A DNA stretch of 64,000 nt, taken from Candidatus Nanohalarchaeota archaeon. Lineage in GTDB: Archaea > Nanohalarchaeota > Nanosalinia > Nanosalinales > Nanosalinaceae. The notes below the pieces were generated by a model, which ran no database searches, was not told the origin of the DNA, and was given only the letters and a program-made list of their open reading frames with translations. Positions 18,979 to 29,734 of this stretch are shown one piece after another. The position numbers and the translations under genes were made by a program. The DNA is taken from assembly GCA_022729235.1 (NCBI GenBank), contig JALDAJ010000001.1, positions 544,001 to 608,000 on the forward strand, read 5' to 3'. How positions within the stretch are numbered: position 1 is the stretch's first letter; each line of letters begins with the position of its first letter.

Positions 18979-20289
18979 TTATGGCGTCAACCGGTCAGGT
19001 GTTCTCGGGAACAGGATGGACTCCTGCACGTTGTCGAGTTCCGCGACCTGTTTTACCAGGCGGTCGATTCCGAGTCCATAGCCCCCGTGCGGCGGCATAC
19101 CGAACTTGAACGCCTCCAGGTAGAACGTGAAGTTCTCCGGGTCGACGTTCTGTTTCTCCATGTACTCCATCAGCGTGTCAAAGTCGTGCTGTCTCTGTCC
19201 GCCAGAGGAGAGTTCGAGACCCTTGTATATCAGGTCGAATTTCCGTGACGCGATTTCATCGCCTTCCACGTCCTGCATGTAGTAGAACTTCTCTCCGGGA
19301 TAGCCCACGACGAAGAACGCAGGGTGTCCTTTCTCCTCGAAGTAATCACCGAGCAGTTTCTCGCCTTTCGTGTCGAGGTCGCCCTCGTCGTCCGGTACGT
19401 GGTCGAACTCTTCTTCCAGTATTTCCCGTGCCTCTTCAAACGTGATACGCGGGAAGTCCTCCTCAGGTACTTCCAGCTCCACTCCGAGAATGTCAAGGTC
19501 GTCAGCGGCGCGTTTCTTGAGTTCTTTCAGCGTGTATTTCAAAGACTGTTCTTGGACGTCCATGACGTCGTCGTGATCTTCTATGAAGGCGAATTCGACG
19601 TCGAACATCGAAATTTCTGATACGTGCCTGGATGTCGCAAAGTCTTCCGCCCTGAACGCCGTACCGGTCTCGTACACGCGGTCGAAACCTGCTGCCATCA
19701 GCATCTGCTTGTAGAGCTGTGGTGACTGTGATAGAAACGCTTCATCACCGTAGTATACTACCGGGAAGAGTTCTGCTCCTCCTTCTGCCCCGCCTTTAGA
19801 TATGAGAGGTGTCTGGATGCGGATGAATTTGTTCTGGTCAAACCACTCCTCCATTGCTTCGACTAAGTGGGATTTGAGGGAGAAAACAGCATGTATCTCC
19901 GGTCTTCTGAGATCCATGAAACGGTTGTCCAGTCTTGTCGCGAGGTCAGAGTCTATATCCTTGGAGACCTCCATGGGAAGCGGCGACTCCGCCTCTCCTA
20001 TTATCTCGAGTTCTTCAGGCTTTAATTCCCTGTCGCCGGGCGCCTGCTGGTTCTCTTCTATTACATCTCTAACATAGATAACGTCCTCTCTGCCGATTTC
20101 CTGCGCTTTCTCGAACAGTTCCTCGTCATCGTCTTCTTTGAAGGTTGCCTGGATGGTTCCTTCACGGTCGCGCAGGATAATGAATGTGAGTCCGCCAAGA
20201 TCTCTTATCTCGTGAGCCCACCCTGCTACTGATACTTTTTCACCGTCCATGTCAGGTGTTATGTTGTGTGTGTATGTTCTTTCTGTCAT
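18979..20289 (-). CDS. aspS: Archaeal-type aspartyl-tRNA synthetase, probably non-discriminating
   Basis: [43 protein letters not shown]. Confidence 0.95.
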   Translation of the reverse strand: MTERTYTHNITPDMDGEKVSVAGWAHEIRDLGGLTFIILRDREGTIQATFKEDDDEELFEKAQEIGREDVIYVRDVIEENQQAPGDRELKPEELEIIGEAESPLPMEVSKDIDSDLATRLDNRFMDLRRPEIHAVFSLKSHLVEAMEEWFDQNKFIRIQTPLISKGGAEGGAELFPVVYYGDEAFLSQSPQLYKQMLMAAGFDRVYETGTAFRAEDFATSRHVSEISMFDVEFAFIEDHDDVMDVQEQSLKYTLKELKKRAADDLDILGVELEVPEEDFPRITFEEAREILEEEFDHVPDDEGDLDTKGEKLLGDYFEEKGHPAFFVVGYPGEKFYYMQDVEGDEIASRKFDLIYKGLELSSGGQRQHDFDTLMEYMEKQNVDPENFTFYLEAFKFGMPPHGGYGLGIDRLVKQVAELDNVQESILFPRTPDRLTP

Positions 20290-20380
20290 TAAACGCCACA
20301 ATCAACTGCTGTTCAATCAATTTTTTAACAGCTTCGAGATGTGAGATGAATTTTTCAACAACGACTTCTAACTAACGGAT

Positions 20381-20896
20381 ATGGTTCTCAACCGTCAACA
20401 GGTAGAGGAAAAGATAGAAGAGGAAAACCTGGTCGAAGACTACCCGCACCTCGAGACCCAGATAACCCAGAACGGGTTTGACCTGACCGCAGGCGAGATA
20501 CACAGGTTCAAAGGTCCCGGGAAGCTCGACTTCTCAAATTCTGAACGAAAGCTCCCGGAAACTGAGGCTGTGGTGCCGGAGAAAAAGGATGAAAGTGATG
20601 ACTACGGCTGGTGGGTGCTGGAGCCTGGTGTATACAAAGTAGTTGCGAACGAGAAAGTTAACCTGCCCAACGACATGATGGCGTTCACTTTTCCACGCTC
20701 CTCACTGCTACGGATGGGTGTCTTCATCCAGAACGCGGCATGGGAGGCAGGCTTCTCTGGTACTGGAGAGTTTCTTCTGCAGGTGAACAACCCGGAGGGT
20801 GTTGAAATCAAGGAGAACGCGCGCGTCAACCAGATAGTGTTCCAGGAGATGGACGAGGTCGACGAGGGTTACGACGGCAGGTATCATGAGGCATAA
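20381..20896 (+). CDS. Trimeric dUTPase/dCTP deaminase family protein
   Basis: NGFDLT, PRSSLLRMG, WEAGFSG, QIVF, Y.GRY. Confidence 0.88.
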   Translation: MVLNRQQVEEKIEEENLVEDYPHLETQITQNGFDLTAGEIHRFKGPGKLDFSNSERKLPETEAVVPEKKDESDDYGWWVLEPGVYKVVANEKVNLPNDMMAFTFPRSSLLRMGVFIQNAAWEAGFSGTGEFLLQVNNPEGVEIKENARVNQIVFQEMDEVDEGYDGRYHEA

Positions 20897-21024
20897 AAAG
20901 CTCTTCTGGCTGCTTATGTCTAGATGATGAGGAACTATTTCTGATTCCCGATAAAAAGGGAGATGATGAGAACGAACACCTCTGAGTCACTTTTAATAAC
21001 AGGCGAGCGAAATCCATTCTTACA

Positions 21025-21405
21025 ATGGCTCCGGAAGAGGACCAGTTATATGTCCGTGTAGACGGGTACAAAATTCTCCTGCAGGATTTGGAGGCGGTGA
21101 GACAGATAGTGCAGAATATCAACGAGTCCGCCGAAGTCCTGAGACAGGTCCGCGATGTCAAGGAGAAGACTATCGACACTATATACGAGAACCTGGACAG
21201 GATGAACGAGAAACTGGAGGACGTCCACATGGAGATGCCGGAGGTCGACGCCGCGGCGGGAGCAGGAAACCTGGAAATACAGCCCTCAGTTGAAATCGAC
21301 ACTGAGGAACGTGAAGAAAGAAACGAAATCGATGAATCCGTTGAGGAACTGCACGGCGAGCTGGAGAACCTCCAGGACGAGCTGAGTAATCTCGGCGGAG
21401 AATAG
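21025..21405 (+). CDS. Hypothetical coiled-coil protein
   Basis: LYVRVD.Y followed by heptad helices. Confidence 0.65.
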   Translation: MAPEEDQLYVRVDGYKILLQDLEAVRQIVQNINESAEVLRQVRDVKEKTIDTIYENLDRMNEKLEDVHMEMPEVDAAAGAGNLEIQPSVEIDTEEREERNEIDESVEELHGELENLQDELSNLGGE

Positions 21406-21464
21406 ACTTTTTTGTAAAGTCGCTGGCAGTATTTTTAAACGGGCTTCTCTAATTTTGAGGTACG

Positions 21465-21866
21465 ATGTTACTTGGACCGGAGTTTGCAGATTTAGGTCTT
21501 GCTGTTTTCAGGGTTATCGTCGGAGCTGTATTCGTTTCTCATGCTCTACCGAAGCTCAAGGATCCTGAAGGGACGCGCGAGTTCTTCGCGTCTGTCGGTC
21601 TACCGGACTCTATGTACCTGGTCTACCTCGCTCTAGGAATAGAGATTATCGCGGGAACGCTCCTCGCTATCGGTCTTTTCACGCAGATGGCTGCGCTGAC
21701 GCTTGTGGCGTTTATGGGCGTTGCGAGTTACGTCGCGATTGAGAAGATGGGCAAGGAATTCGAGGGCGGATACGAGGTTGACTTACTGCTTCTAGGAGCA
21801 ACGTTCATGTACTACCTTAACGGTCCTGGAAAGTATGCTCTGGACGCTATAGTCAGGCATGGCTGA
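21465..21866 (+). CDS. DoxX family membrane protein
   Basis: R...G.VF..H...K, E...G..L..GL.T, GGYE, GPGKYALD. Confidence 0.9.
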   Translation: MLLGPEFADLGLAVFRVIVGAVFVSHALPKLKDPEGTREFFASVGLPDSMYLVYLALGIEIIAGTLLAIGLFTQMAALTLVAFMGVASYVAIEKMGKEFEGGYEVDLLLLGATFMYYLNGPGKYALDAIVRHG

Positions 21867-21950
21867 CTTTTATACCTGTGAAAACGGCTGTTAGAGTTTA
21901 CTGTAGAGCATAAGTGGTTAGAGTTCCGGGAAAGTATTCTTCGAGAATTA

Positions 21951-22505
21951 TTACTCTAGAAGCTCTGTCTTCCTGACTTCCAGCTCTCTGAATGGGTAAA
22001 TCTTGTTCGCCCTGTCTCTTATCTCTTCCTGCAGTTCATCGGTGAAGATTGACTCCATAAACTTGTCGTAGTCTGCGCTCTCCGCACCCTCGTCTATCGC
22101 ATCGTTGATTTCCTGTCTCGCTGCCTGGAGAGTATTGCTGGAAGTGTTGTTGACTGTTGCACCTACTACTTTGACCCGGACCTTTCTGTCGTCCTTTGTA
22201 GTAGTGTCGTGTACGAGATCCATTCGGTCTGATCTCTTGCGGACCATTCTGGAGACGAACTCTTTCGAGCATTCCATACCTGCTATTTCGGTGAAAGCCT
22301 TGTTGCCCTCGACATCCGTAACTTTCAGGGATACGTCAACGTAGTACTTGCTAGCTCCGTCCATAAGGTCGGTCAGGTCTTCGCTGACAGTTCTTCCGAT
22401 TACCTGTGATTCTTTCTCTGCAGGCGTCTCCCCGACCTCTTCAACATCGAAGATGTCAGGTACCTGGAGCTCGTACCAGTTTTTCTGTATAACAGCCTTT
22501 GCCAT
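21951..22505 (-). CDS. rps3ae: Ribosomal protein S3Ae (eS1)
   Basis: K.WY...P..F, GRTV...L.DL, KIYP.R..EVRK. Confidence 0.92.
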   Translation of the reverse strand: MAKAVIQKNWYELQVPDIFDVEEVGETPAEKESQVIGRTVSEDLTDLMDGASKYYVDVSLKVTDVEGNKAFTEIAGMECSKEFVSRMVRKRSDRMDLVHDTTTKDDRKVRVKVVGATVNNTSSNTLQAARQEINDAIDEGAESADYDKFMESIFTDELQEEIRDRANKIYPFRELEVRKTELLE

Positions 22506-22604
22506 GGTTTCTCTCACGGGTCAAAACTTTATAAACAGTATGATACTTGAGAGGTGTTTTTACCAGAGAATGTTTTTATAACTTTTGTCACTCATTGGTC
22601 GCAT

Positions 22605-23555
22605 ATGAATGAGTCGGAGGCGGAAGCTGTTGAAAAACAGCTTGAAGTCGAGCGCGTAGTTAGTATGGGTACACCTGCGGAAGTTATAAGCGAGGGAGCA
22701 TCGCTAAAGCCGGGTGACAGTGTTCCGCAGGATAGAATTGGCATCGAACCGCCTGCTGAGACCCTGAGATCTCTTAATAAGGCTCAAGATAATTATGAGG
22801 AATATGCGAAATGGCTTGGTGAAGATTCGTATAGTATAGGGGGTGTTTCCGGTGCAGTTAATTTCTTGGCAGGATCTTCTATCGCAGTTTTAGCTGTGAG
22901 CCCGTCTATGGGGGCGGTATACGGGGGAGCGTCGCTGTTAACATTTACGACCTCCGCTGCCATAGCCGATCGTAGACTGGGGGCTCATGGGGAAGAGATT
23001 GAACTGGCTGAGAGGAAGCTTCACGCTGACACGGGAGTTGAGGGCAGAGATATAACCAGTACCGGCTTTCCGGAATATGTTGAGCTGCCGGGGGGTATAG
23101 ACGAACTATGCGCTGATTTAGAGCAGTCAACGGTCAGCCCTGTCAGCGCTATACTATATGAAGAAGGAGGCTTTGCTGTAACCCATCACGGTTCGGCGAG
23201 TTCTAAAGGTTCTAGCGGTTACGAAGTTGAGGATGCCAGGACTGCGGCTAAGCTGTTTGAGGATTCTTTAAGATACCTAGAATATGATATAGAAGGGCTT
23301 GAAGGATACGAGGAAGGTGTTTTAGTAAGCGCTGTATTTATGGAGGATGAACCGATAGAATATAGGGGCAGAGAGTTTCCTTCACAGTTTTCCGTTACAG
23401 ATATTTCAGGAGATAAGCCGAGAGAGGTTTTCACTCTGTACTCTGAAGCTGATAGAGGTCAAGCTTCAAGATTTCTTAAAGGTCTAGATAGCGCTCCAGA
23501 GCTGACGTCCCACGATGTGGAGAATAAGGTACCCGAGGGTTACGGCTGGTTATAG
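22605..23555 (+). CDS. Hypothetical acidic protein with a Gly/Ala/Ser-rich hydrophobic hairpin
   Basis: Long ORF antisense to the surrounding cluster; start MNESE preferred. Confidence 0.6.
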   Translation: MNESEAEAVEKQLEVERVVSMGTPAEVISEGASLKPGDSVPQDRIGIEPPAETLRSLNKAQDNYEEYAKWLGEDSYSIGGVSGAVNFLAGSSIAVLAVSPSMGAVYGGASLLTFTTSAAIADRRLGAHGEEIELAERKLHADTGVEGRDITSTGFPEYVELPGGIDELCADLEQSTVSPVSAILYEEGGFAVTHHGSASSKGSSGYEVEDARTAAKLFEDSLRYLEYDIEGLEGYEEGVLVSAVFMEDEPIEYRGREFPSQFSVTDISGDKPREVFTLYSEADRGQASRFLKGLDSAPELTSHDVENKVPEGYGWL

Positions 23556-23569
23556 ACCCGATACTTGCT

Positions 23570-24946
23570 TTACTTTCTGTCTTGAACTTTTCTCGTTATT
23601 TCGTCTAGAAACTCTTCTTTCTCTTCTTGAGGTATCTTGGCGCCTGCTGCGACGTTGTGGCCGCCTCCTTCTCCACCGATTTCCTCGCATATTTCTTCTA
23701 TTATCTCCCCGAGGTTGAGACCGGCTTCTACTGCTTCTTTCGTGGCGCGTGAGGATACTTTCAGCTTGTCTTTCTCCGCCTCCGCGATACCCATGACCAC
23801 TGGAACGTCCGAGAAGATGCCGTTACTCATGGCTATCGTGGTTACTGTTCCTATGAATTCTTCGTCAATCTTGCTGCCGGCATCTATGAGTCCTATGGTG
23901 TCGTCTTCTCTAATAACGTCGGTGCTGTCTTTATTCTCCTCTACGACTCTAAGAGCGGCAGATATCTTTCTACCGTAGCGTCTGGACATCTTCTCCGCGA
24001 GTTCGAGGTCGTTTTCCAGAAGTATCTTGATACCTTTTCCTGCCTCTCCCATTCTTCCGCAGGCATTGATTATGGTGGAGAACTCGTCTATGCCATGCCC
24101 GTTTTCGAGTATGTAGACGTTTTGGAGCAGGTTTTCGGCGTCATATCCGTGTTTGATGAGACCGTGTATCAGTTTCTTCTCTTCCTCCTCTGTAAGGTCT
24201 TCAAGCGTCTTGAAGTCGCCGTTGTCCCTGATATCGAGGTCCAGGGATTTGAGGAACTGTATAGCACCGCTCTCGTTGTTGGTTATGCCGTCGAGATACG
24301 GATCAGATGTGTACATCAGCGACTTGTGGAGTGGCTTGGTCGAGCGCCCGTACAGGTCGAGTCCTTTCCTCTTCGTTATCAGGTCGCGCTCCTCGGCCCT
24401 TTCCAGCAAGTCCTTGTTCAGTCCCAGAAATTCGCCGTCCTGTTTCTGGACGTCGCCCGTTGCGCCGATGAGGGCGTACGTGACGAGGTCGTAGTTGTCC
24501 TCGTCCACTGCTTCCGCCAGAAGGTAGGTCATGCCCGCGGCGCTTATAGCCTCCCCGCCGTCGTGCCCGAGAAAGTGCGGGTTGAGGTGGATGATATTTT
24601 CGTCGTCAGTTCTCTCTGCCTGGGGTGAGTGGTGGTCTGATATTATTACTTCCTTGTCCGTTTTTTCAAGTATCAGCTCGTGTATGGCGCCTGACTTACC
24701 AGAGCCGATGTCCACGAATAACAGGAGCTCCTCGTCCTCCTCCGCGATTCTTTCCACGTCTTCCTCGTAGAGCTGTTTCAGTATCTCGAACTCGAAGTCT
24801 TTATCCAGTCGGTTAAGGAGTTCGTGGGCGATAGAAGTCGCGCAGATGCCGTCTGCGTCGTACTGTCCGATCAGCCGGATTTTCCCGTCAAAGTTCCTGA
24901 TTTTCTCCGCTGCTACTTCTGCTTCTTCGAGAATATCTTCGACCAT
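23570..24946 (-). CDS. DHH-family RecJ-like nuclease
   Basis: DADG, DIGSG, DHH, G..GD.Q, NACGR, GGGH..AAGA; conserved position next to rps15. Confidence 0.92.
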   Translation of the reverse strand: MVEDILEEAEVAAEKIRNFDGKIRLIGQYDADGICATSIAHELLNRLDKDFEFEILKQLYEEDVERIAEEDEELLLFVDIGSGKSGAIHELILEKTDKEVIISDHHSPQAERTDDENIIHLNPHFLGHDGGEAISAAGMTYLLAEAVDEDNYDLVTYALIGATGDVQKQDGEFLGLNKDLLERAEERDLITKRKGLDLYGRSTKPLHKSLMYTSDPYLDGITNNESGAIQFLKSLDLDIRDNGDFKTLEDLTEEEEKKLIHGLIKHGYDAENLLQNVYILENGHGIDEFSTIINACGRMGEAGKGIKILLENDLELAEKMSRRYGRKISAALRVVEENKDSTDVIREDDTIGLIDAGSKIDEEFIGTVTTIAMSNGIFSDVPVVMGIAEAEKDKLKVSSRATKEAVEAGLNLGEIIEEICEEIGGEGGGHNVAAGAKIPQEEKEEFLDEITRKVQDRK

Positions 24947-24978
24947 GTAACTACACTGCTGTCGAAGTTTATTTGAAC

Positions 24979-25413
24979 TTATTCTCTGACGTACTTCCAG
25001 TCCTCAGGGATGTTTCCTTCTCCGCGGTGATAGTCCGCGAGCCTCCTGATCTTGGCTTCCGTAAGTTCCAGCTGTCGCTCTGACTGCGTGTCGTTCTCGT
25101 TCTCCTCCATGTGTTCGCTGAGTGATTCTGCCTTTTCGACAAGGTTATGGAGGTCTTCAGGTATCTCGGGCGCTACTTCTTCTTCCTCGAGTATGTCGGT
25201 GATTTTTTTCCCGGTGATCTCTCTTACTGAGGGGATTCCGTACTCGTCCCTGAGATCCATGCCGATTTCTGAAGGAGCGAGCCCGTCTTCTCTAAGTTTG
25301 ACGACCAGGTCGATAACTTCCTGTTCATCGTAGTCAACCCAGCGCGGTACTTTCTTGGAAACAGGTTTATCCGAACCTGAGCTTCCTCTGTCGTCGGAGT
25401 GCATGCGTGCCAT
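24979..25413 (-). CDS. rps15: Ribosomal protein S15 (uS15)
   Basis: MARMH...GSSGS, PS.IG..LRD.YGIP, PEDL, E.KIRRL..Y; GGTGA SD upstream. Confidence 0.95.
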   Translation of the reverse strand: MARMHSDDRGSSGSDKPVSKKVPRWVDYDEQEVIDLVVKLREDGLAPSEIGMDLRDEYGIPSVREITGKKITDILEEEEVAPEIPEDLHNLVEKAESLSEHMEENENDTQSERQLELTEAKIRRLADYHRGEGNIPEDWKYVRE

Positions 25414-25646
25414 CCGGTTCACCTGCTGGAGATGTATCTTGCTGTCATAAGAATGGTTTTGGTGTATCTTGCAAGTTCGCGGTATACTTCGATTCTCATT
25501 GTTTATCACGTTGCCGATCCGGTTAAGCCCTCGTATCCGGACTTCACCGGTCTACGACCACAATAGAAAGGAAATCTTTTAAAGGAATATCTGTGAGGCT
25601 CTGTTCTCCCCGTCGTTTAAAATTGATTCGCGCCGAATAATTGCCT

Positions 25647-26099
25647 ATGACTGACCTGAGAAAACCTGATACGCGTATATATTATCTCTGGAACCTTGAA
25701 ATCGTTCTTTTAACGCTCTTTCTGGGTGCTGGAACCTTATTTTTCGTTGATGTTGCCTGGGCATTAACCGTGTCTGGCGCGGTTTTGCTGTTAGGACTGC
25801 CTTATACGTATCTCAGGTTCAGGGCATGGGGTTTCGAGTTGAGAGATGACCATCTCTACCTGGAGCATGGAGTCCTTAAAAAGGTGCGTTCCATGGTGCC
25901 TCATGTCAGGATACAGCACGTTGACACGCAGAGAGGGCCTGTAGCCAGGATTTTAGGGATATCTAATGTAGTCGTTTACACCGCAGGTTCCCGTGGAAGA
26001 GATGTTATTATCCCGGGACTTCTCCGTGAAGATGCTGGTGATATGCAGGAAAAGCTCCGTGATGTCGCTATCGAATCCGGAAGTAGTGACGCGGTATGA
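25647..26099 (+). CDS. YdbS-like bacterial PH-domain membrane protein
   Basis: 2 TM; VP..RIQHVD..RGP..R..G. Confidence 0.85.
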   Translation: MTDLRKPDTRIYYLWNLEIVLLTLFLGAGTLFFVDVAWALTVSGAVLLLGLPYTYLRFRAWGFELRDDHLYLEHGVLKKVRSMVPHVRIQHVDTQRGPVARILGISNVVVYTAGSRGRDVIIPGLLREDAGDMQEKLRDVAIESGSSDAV

Positions 26100-27502
26100 A
26101 GCTATCCAGGATATCTATCATCTATAGAAGTTTCCAGAGTCTCACTGCCATAATACTACTTGCGCTGATATTTGGAGGAGGTCTCACAGGGAGCGGTCTG
26201 TCCGCGGTGGCGGCATGGATTTTCTTCACGCTTTTCCTGGTCTCTGCGGTTGTTAGCTGGCAGTACCTGGTCTGGAGAAACTACGACTACTTCCTGGAAG
26301 AAGGCAGTCTTGACATATCCCATGGGGTTATCAGCAGGAAGAGGAGAGAGATTCCCTGGGGAAGGGTTCAGAACGTTGACATCTCCCGCACACTGGTCCA
26401 GCGCTTTTTAGGTATAGCAAAGGTCAACTTCGAGACCGCAGGCGGTGGTGCGACCGAGGCAAGTCTGCGCTATGTACGTTATGAGCGGGCGCAGGAGATC
26501 CAGAGAAAGGTGAGGCGGTTGAAACGGGAGGCAGAGACGGAGGAGGAGAGCCAGGAGGATTACATGTCGGAATTACTTTTTGAACTGGGCTTCAGAGAGC
26601 TGGTGTTGATGTCGTTTTTCTCGGTTAACCTTGGGATAGTATTTACTGCGCTGGTTGTGGTATCGGTCCTCGGTTCGACCGGTGTTCTAACCGGAGTCGG
26701 GACTCTTGCCATCTACGTTATCACACTACTGGTACTGGCGGGGCTATGGGTTTCGAGGGCTGCTACAACTTTCGCGAGGTTCTTCGACTTTAAACTGCAT
26801 AGGTCAGAGGACGCGCTGGAGTACGAGCACGGACTTTTCAACAGGGAGAGTGGTTCTATCCCGCTGGACAAGGTACAGTCGCTGAAGCTAGAGGAGAACC
26901 CTCTGAAACGGTTTTTCAACTATTCAACACTAAAAGTCGAGACCGCAGGTTACTCGCCTGTTACTGCTGCGGAGAAAGGTTCCGAGGTCGCTATACCGCT
27001 CGCCACTAGGCAGAGATCAATCGAGTTCGCGAGAAAGATACGTGACTTTGAAGACCTGGATTATACGAGGATTCCGCGTCGGGCGAGGAGGCGCTACATA
27101 GGTCGGTACTCTATCGGTCTCTCTGTTCTCCTCGCCCTTGGTTTCGCGGTCGACCATTACGTATACAGTGTCAACTACTGGTTACTCCTGTCCCTGGTAC
27201 CGCTTATCCCGGTTGCCGCGCATTACAAGCGGAAGAACCGCGGATACAGCCTTGGAGAAGAGCATCTCTTCACGGTGAATGGTTTCTGGAACCGCACTAC
27301 CGCTGTTGTTCCTTACTACCGGATGCAGAACCTTATCCAGTCGGAAACGATTCTCCAGAGACGGTGGAGGCTCGCCACGCTAACTTTCGACACCGCCGGG
27401 ACCTCGATACTGGATACGGGTATCAAGGTCGTTGATGGTGGACGTCAAGAGGTAAAGGAGCTGAGAGAAGAGGTTTATGATAGTTTCAGGGGGTCGCTGT
27501 GA
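26096..27502 (+). CDS. YdbT-like membrane protein with three bPH_2 repeats
   Basis: Repeated IP..RVQ.V....L.R..G/ETAGG units; overlaps the upstream partner (ATGA). Confidence 0.85.
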   Translation: MKLSRISIIYRSFQSLTAIILLALIFGGGLTGSGLSAVAAWIFFTLFLVSAVVSWQYLVWRNYDYFLEEGSLDISHGVISRKRREIPWGRVQNVDISRTLVQRFLGIAKVNFETAGGGATEASLRYVRYERAQEIQRKVRRLKREAETEEESQEDYMSELLFELGFRELVLMSFFSVNLGIVFTALVVVSVLGSTGVLTGVGTLAIYVITLLVLAGLWVSRAATTFARFFDFKLHRSEDALEYEHGLFNRESGSIPLDKVQSLKLEENPLKRFFNYSTLKVETAGYSPVTAAEKGSEVAIPLATRQRSIEFARKIRDFEDLDYTRIPRRARRRYIGRYSIGLSVLLALGFAVDHYVYSVNYWLLLSLVPLIPVAAHYKRKNRGYSLGEEHLFTVNGFWNRTTAVVPYYRMQNLIQSETILQRRWRLATLTFDTAGTSILDTGIKVVDGGRQEVKELREEVYDSFRGSL

Positions 27503-27503
27503 G

Positions 27504-28076
27504 TTATTTGTACCGCCCGCGTTTTTCTACTTCTTCCAGTCTTTCAAGAACTTCTCCGCTCTTCGTGTATTTTTTGTAGCCTTCGAGGAATTTTTCCCAC
27601 GCCGCATCCGCGATTTCTGGGTGTGAGCTTTCCAGAACTTGCTTCAGGAGGTGGATGTCGACCGCCCTGTCTTCGATGCGCTGGGAGCGCTCCGCCAGTC
27701 CAAAGTCTATGAGGTAGAGCTTGTCTGATAGCATCGCGTTCCTTGTTGTCAGGTCGCCGTGGATGATGTCTGCTTCGTGGAGCTTGGCTGTGTTCTCTCC
27801 CAGATCCTCCATTGCGTCCAGATTGTCTTCGAGCACGTCCTTCAGCTGGTCGCCGTCGATTTTCTCGATCTCCAGCACGTGGTCTTCTACCTGTTCCACT
27901 TCTGGTACGGAAACGTTGTTTTTCCGTGCTTCTTTCATGATGCGGGCTTCTTTCTCTGTCCGTTCTTTTCTTATCTTCTGGTCGATTTCTCCTGCTCTAT
28001 AGCTCTTTGGCTCCCGTTTCTTGACTACTTTGTCGTTGATCTCCAGCGTTGCCTCCGCACCTTTGAACGTCTCCAT
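27504..28076 (-). CDS. bud32: KEOPS kinase/ATPase Bud32
   Basis: GAEA, RT..EA, HGDLTT.N, IDFGL, RGRY. Confidence 0.93.
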   Translation of the reverse strand: METFKGAEATLEINDKVVKKREPKSYRAGEIDQKIRKERTEKEARIMKEARKNNVSVPEVEQVEDHVLEIEKIDGDQLKDVLEDNLDAMEDLGENTAKLHEADIIHGDLTTRNAMLSDKLYLIDFGLAERSQRIEDRAVDIHLLKQVLESSHPEIADAAWEKFLEGYKKYTKSGEVLERLEEVEKRGRYK

Positions 28077-28108
28077 GGTAGAAGGTAGAGGGGTTAATCT
28101 TCATTAGT

Positions 28109-29692
28109 TTAGTTTCTGTACGCGTGGGTTGCGTATTCTCTAACCATTCTGTGGGTGTTGAAGTAGGATGCGTTAATAGCTATGCAGTGCTTCATCACTT
28201 CCAGCCAGTCCTCGCGCTCGTTGTGATAGAGATCCATGATATGTCCGAGCTTGAGGTAAAGGGATTTTGAGTCTATCCTGTTTTCGTCTTCTCCCTCCAC
28301 GTAGTCCTCTCCTATAGCCCAGCCTGTTACGTCTTCTATATGTCCTTCAAGCCACCAGCCGTCAAGTGTGGAGAGCTGTGGAGTTCCGTTGTGCGCCGCC
28401 TTCATCCCTGAGGTTCCTGAGGCTTCCTGTCCCCGTTTAGGATTGTTCAGCCATAGGTCGCATCCGGATATCAGTTTCATTGCATCCTCCATGCCGTAGT
28501 CTTCGATGAAATGGACGGTCACGTTCTCCAGTACCTCCCCGTTTTTCAGTATCTTTTCTATCAGTTTTTTGCCCTCATGGTCGTCAGGGTGTGCCTTACC
28601 TCCGTATACGAGCTGGAGTCCGCCGTGCTCCTTCGCGATCCTCTCAAGTTCTTCGGTTTCATTGAATATGAGTGTAGGTCTCTTGTACGCGGTGCTTCGC
28701 CGGGCGAAACCTACTGTGAATACGTCCGGATCTAGTTCTTTCCCGGTATGTTCTATCAGACTGTTTTTCGCCCCTTTTTTGGCGTTCCAGAGTTTTTGGT
28801 CAGGTATCTTCAGCGCTTTTGAAAGATGCCGCGGGTTTTTACGCCATCCGTGCATGTATTCATCGTACAGGTCTTTGAGAGGTTCTGCTGTCCATGTCTT
28901 CGAGTGCACGCCGTTTGTGACTCGGCTGAACTTATGTTCCGGGAACATATCCTCTGATACGTCTCCGTGTTTATCTGAGACAGCGTTAATATAGCAGGAG
29001 TTTTCCAGCGCCAGTTCTGTGGTGTTAAGGCGCTCTCCTATATCCAAGTTCTCCAGGACTTTTTCACTTAGGATGTCCATAACCAGTTCTTTCTCGAACA
29101 CGTCATGTCCTGCAGGTACGGGTGTGTGGGTTGTGAATACGTGTTCGCCTTCGGCTTCAAGACCTAGAAGGGCGGAGTGTCCTTCGTTCATGTGGAAATA
29201 ATCTGGTTTTATATCGCATTCTTCCAGTATTCTGGTTCCGCCGATACCCAGTAGTACTTCCTGGCTTAACCTTAGTTTCTCTCCGCCAGGATATAGTTGC
29301 GATGTTAAGGACTTGGCGTACTCTGAGTTTGTCTCTAGCCCGGTATCCAGGAAGTATATGTCAACCTCGCCTTTTTCTCCGTTCCAGCTAAACTTCCATG
29401 CCTTAACATCTACCTGTTCGCCTTTTACCTTGACTGATACAGTTTTTCCCGTGTCTTCCAGTATTTCATAAGGGTTCCAGTCCTGTTCTTCTTCTCTCTG
29501 CCAGTAGTCTTCCAGAACCTGTTTGAAGTAACCGTTTCTGTAGAGAAGAGTTACTGCGGTGAAGTCGAGTCCGAGGTCGGCAGCTGACTTGATAGTGTCT
29601 CCTGCAAGTATACCTAGACCTCCGCTGTAGGTTTTTATCTCCGGTTTGATTCCTATCTCCATCGAGAAGTACGCGACTTTTGAACTCATCAC
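28109..29692 (-). CDS. glgP: Alpha-glucan phosphorylase
   Basis: YFSME, YSGGLG.LAGD, NEGH, FARR...YKR, EASGTSGMK. Confidence 0.93.
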   Translation of the reverse strand: MMSSKVAYFSMEIGIKPEIKTYSGGLGILAGDTIKSAADLGLDFTAVTLLYRNGYFKQVLEDYWQREEEQDWNPYEILEDTGKTVSVKVKGEQVDVKAWKFSWNGEKGEVDIYFLDTGLETNSEYAKSLTSQLYPGGEKLRLSQEVLLGIGGTRILEECDIKPDYFHMNEGHSALLGLEAEGEHVFTTHTPVPAGHDVFEKELVMDILSEKVLENLDIGERLNTTELALENSCYINAVSDKHGDVSEDMFPEHKFSRVTNGVHSKTWTAEPLKDLYDEYMHGWRKNPRHLSKALKIPDQKLWNAKKGAKNSLIEHTGKELDPDVFTVGFARRSTAYKRPTLIFNETEELERIAKEHGGLQLVYGGKAHPDDHEGKKLIEKILKNGEVLENVTVHFIEDYGMEDAMKLISGCDLWLNNPKRGQEASGTSGMKAAHNGTPQLSTLDGWWLEGHIEDVTGWAIGEDYVEGEDENRIDSKSLYLKLGHIMDLYHNEREDWLEVMKHCIAINASYFNTHRMVREYATHAYRN

Positions 29693-29734
29693 AGAACTAT
29701 TTTTGAGAGTTGTCTTAACAATTTAATCTGTTTT

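Noticed and set aside
25414-25509. N-terminal extensions in the ORF track for rps15 (also rpl22, rps7, rpoA2, scpA, scpB, rps27ae)
   Set aside because: Downstream starts match the family N-termini, several with SD motifs; the extensions are longest-ORF artefacts.
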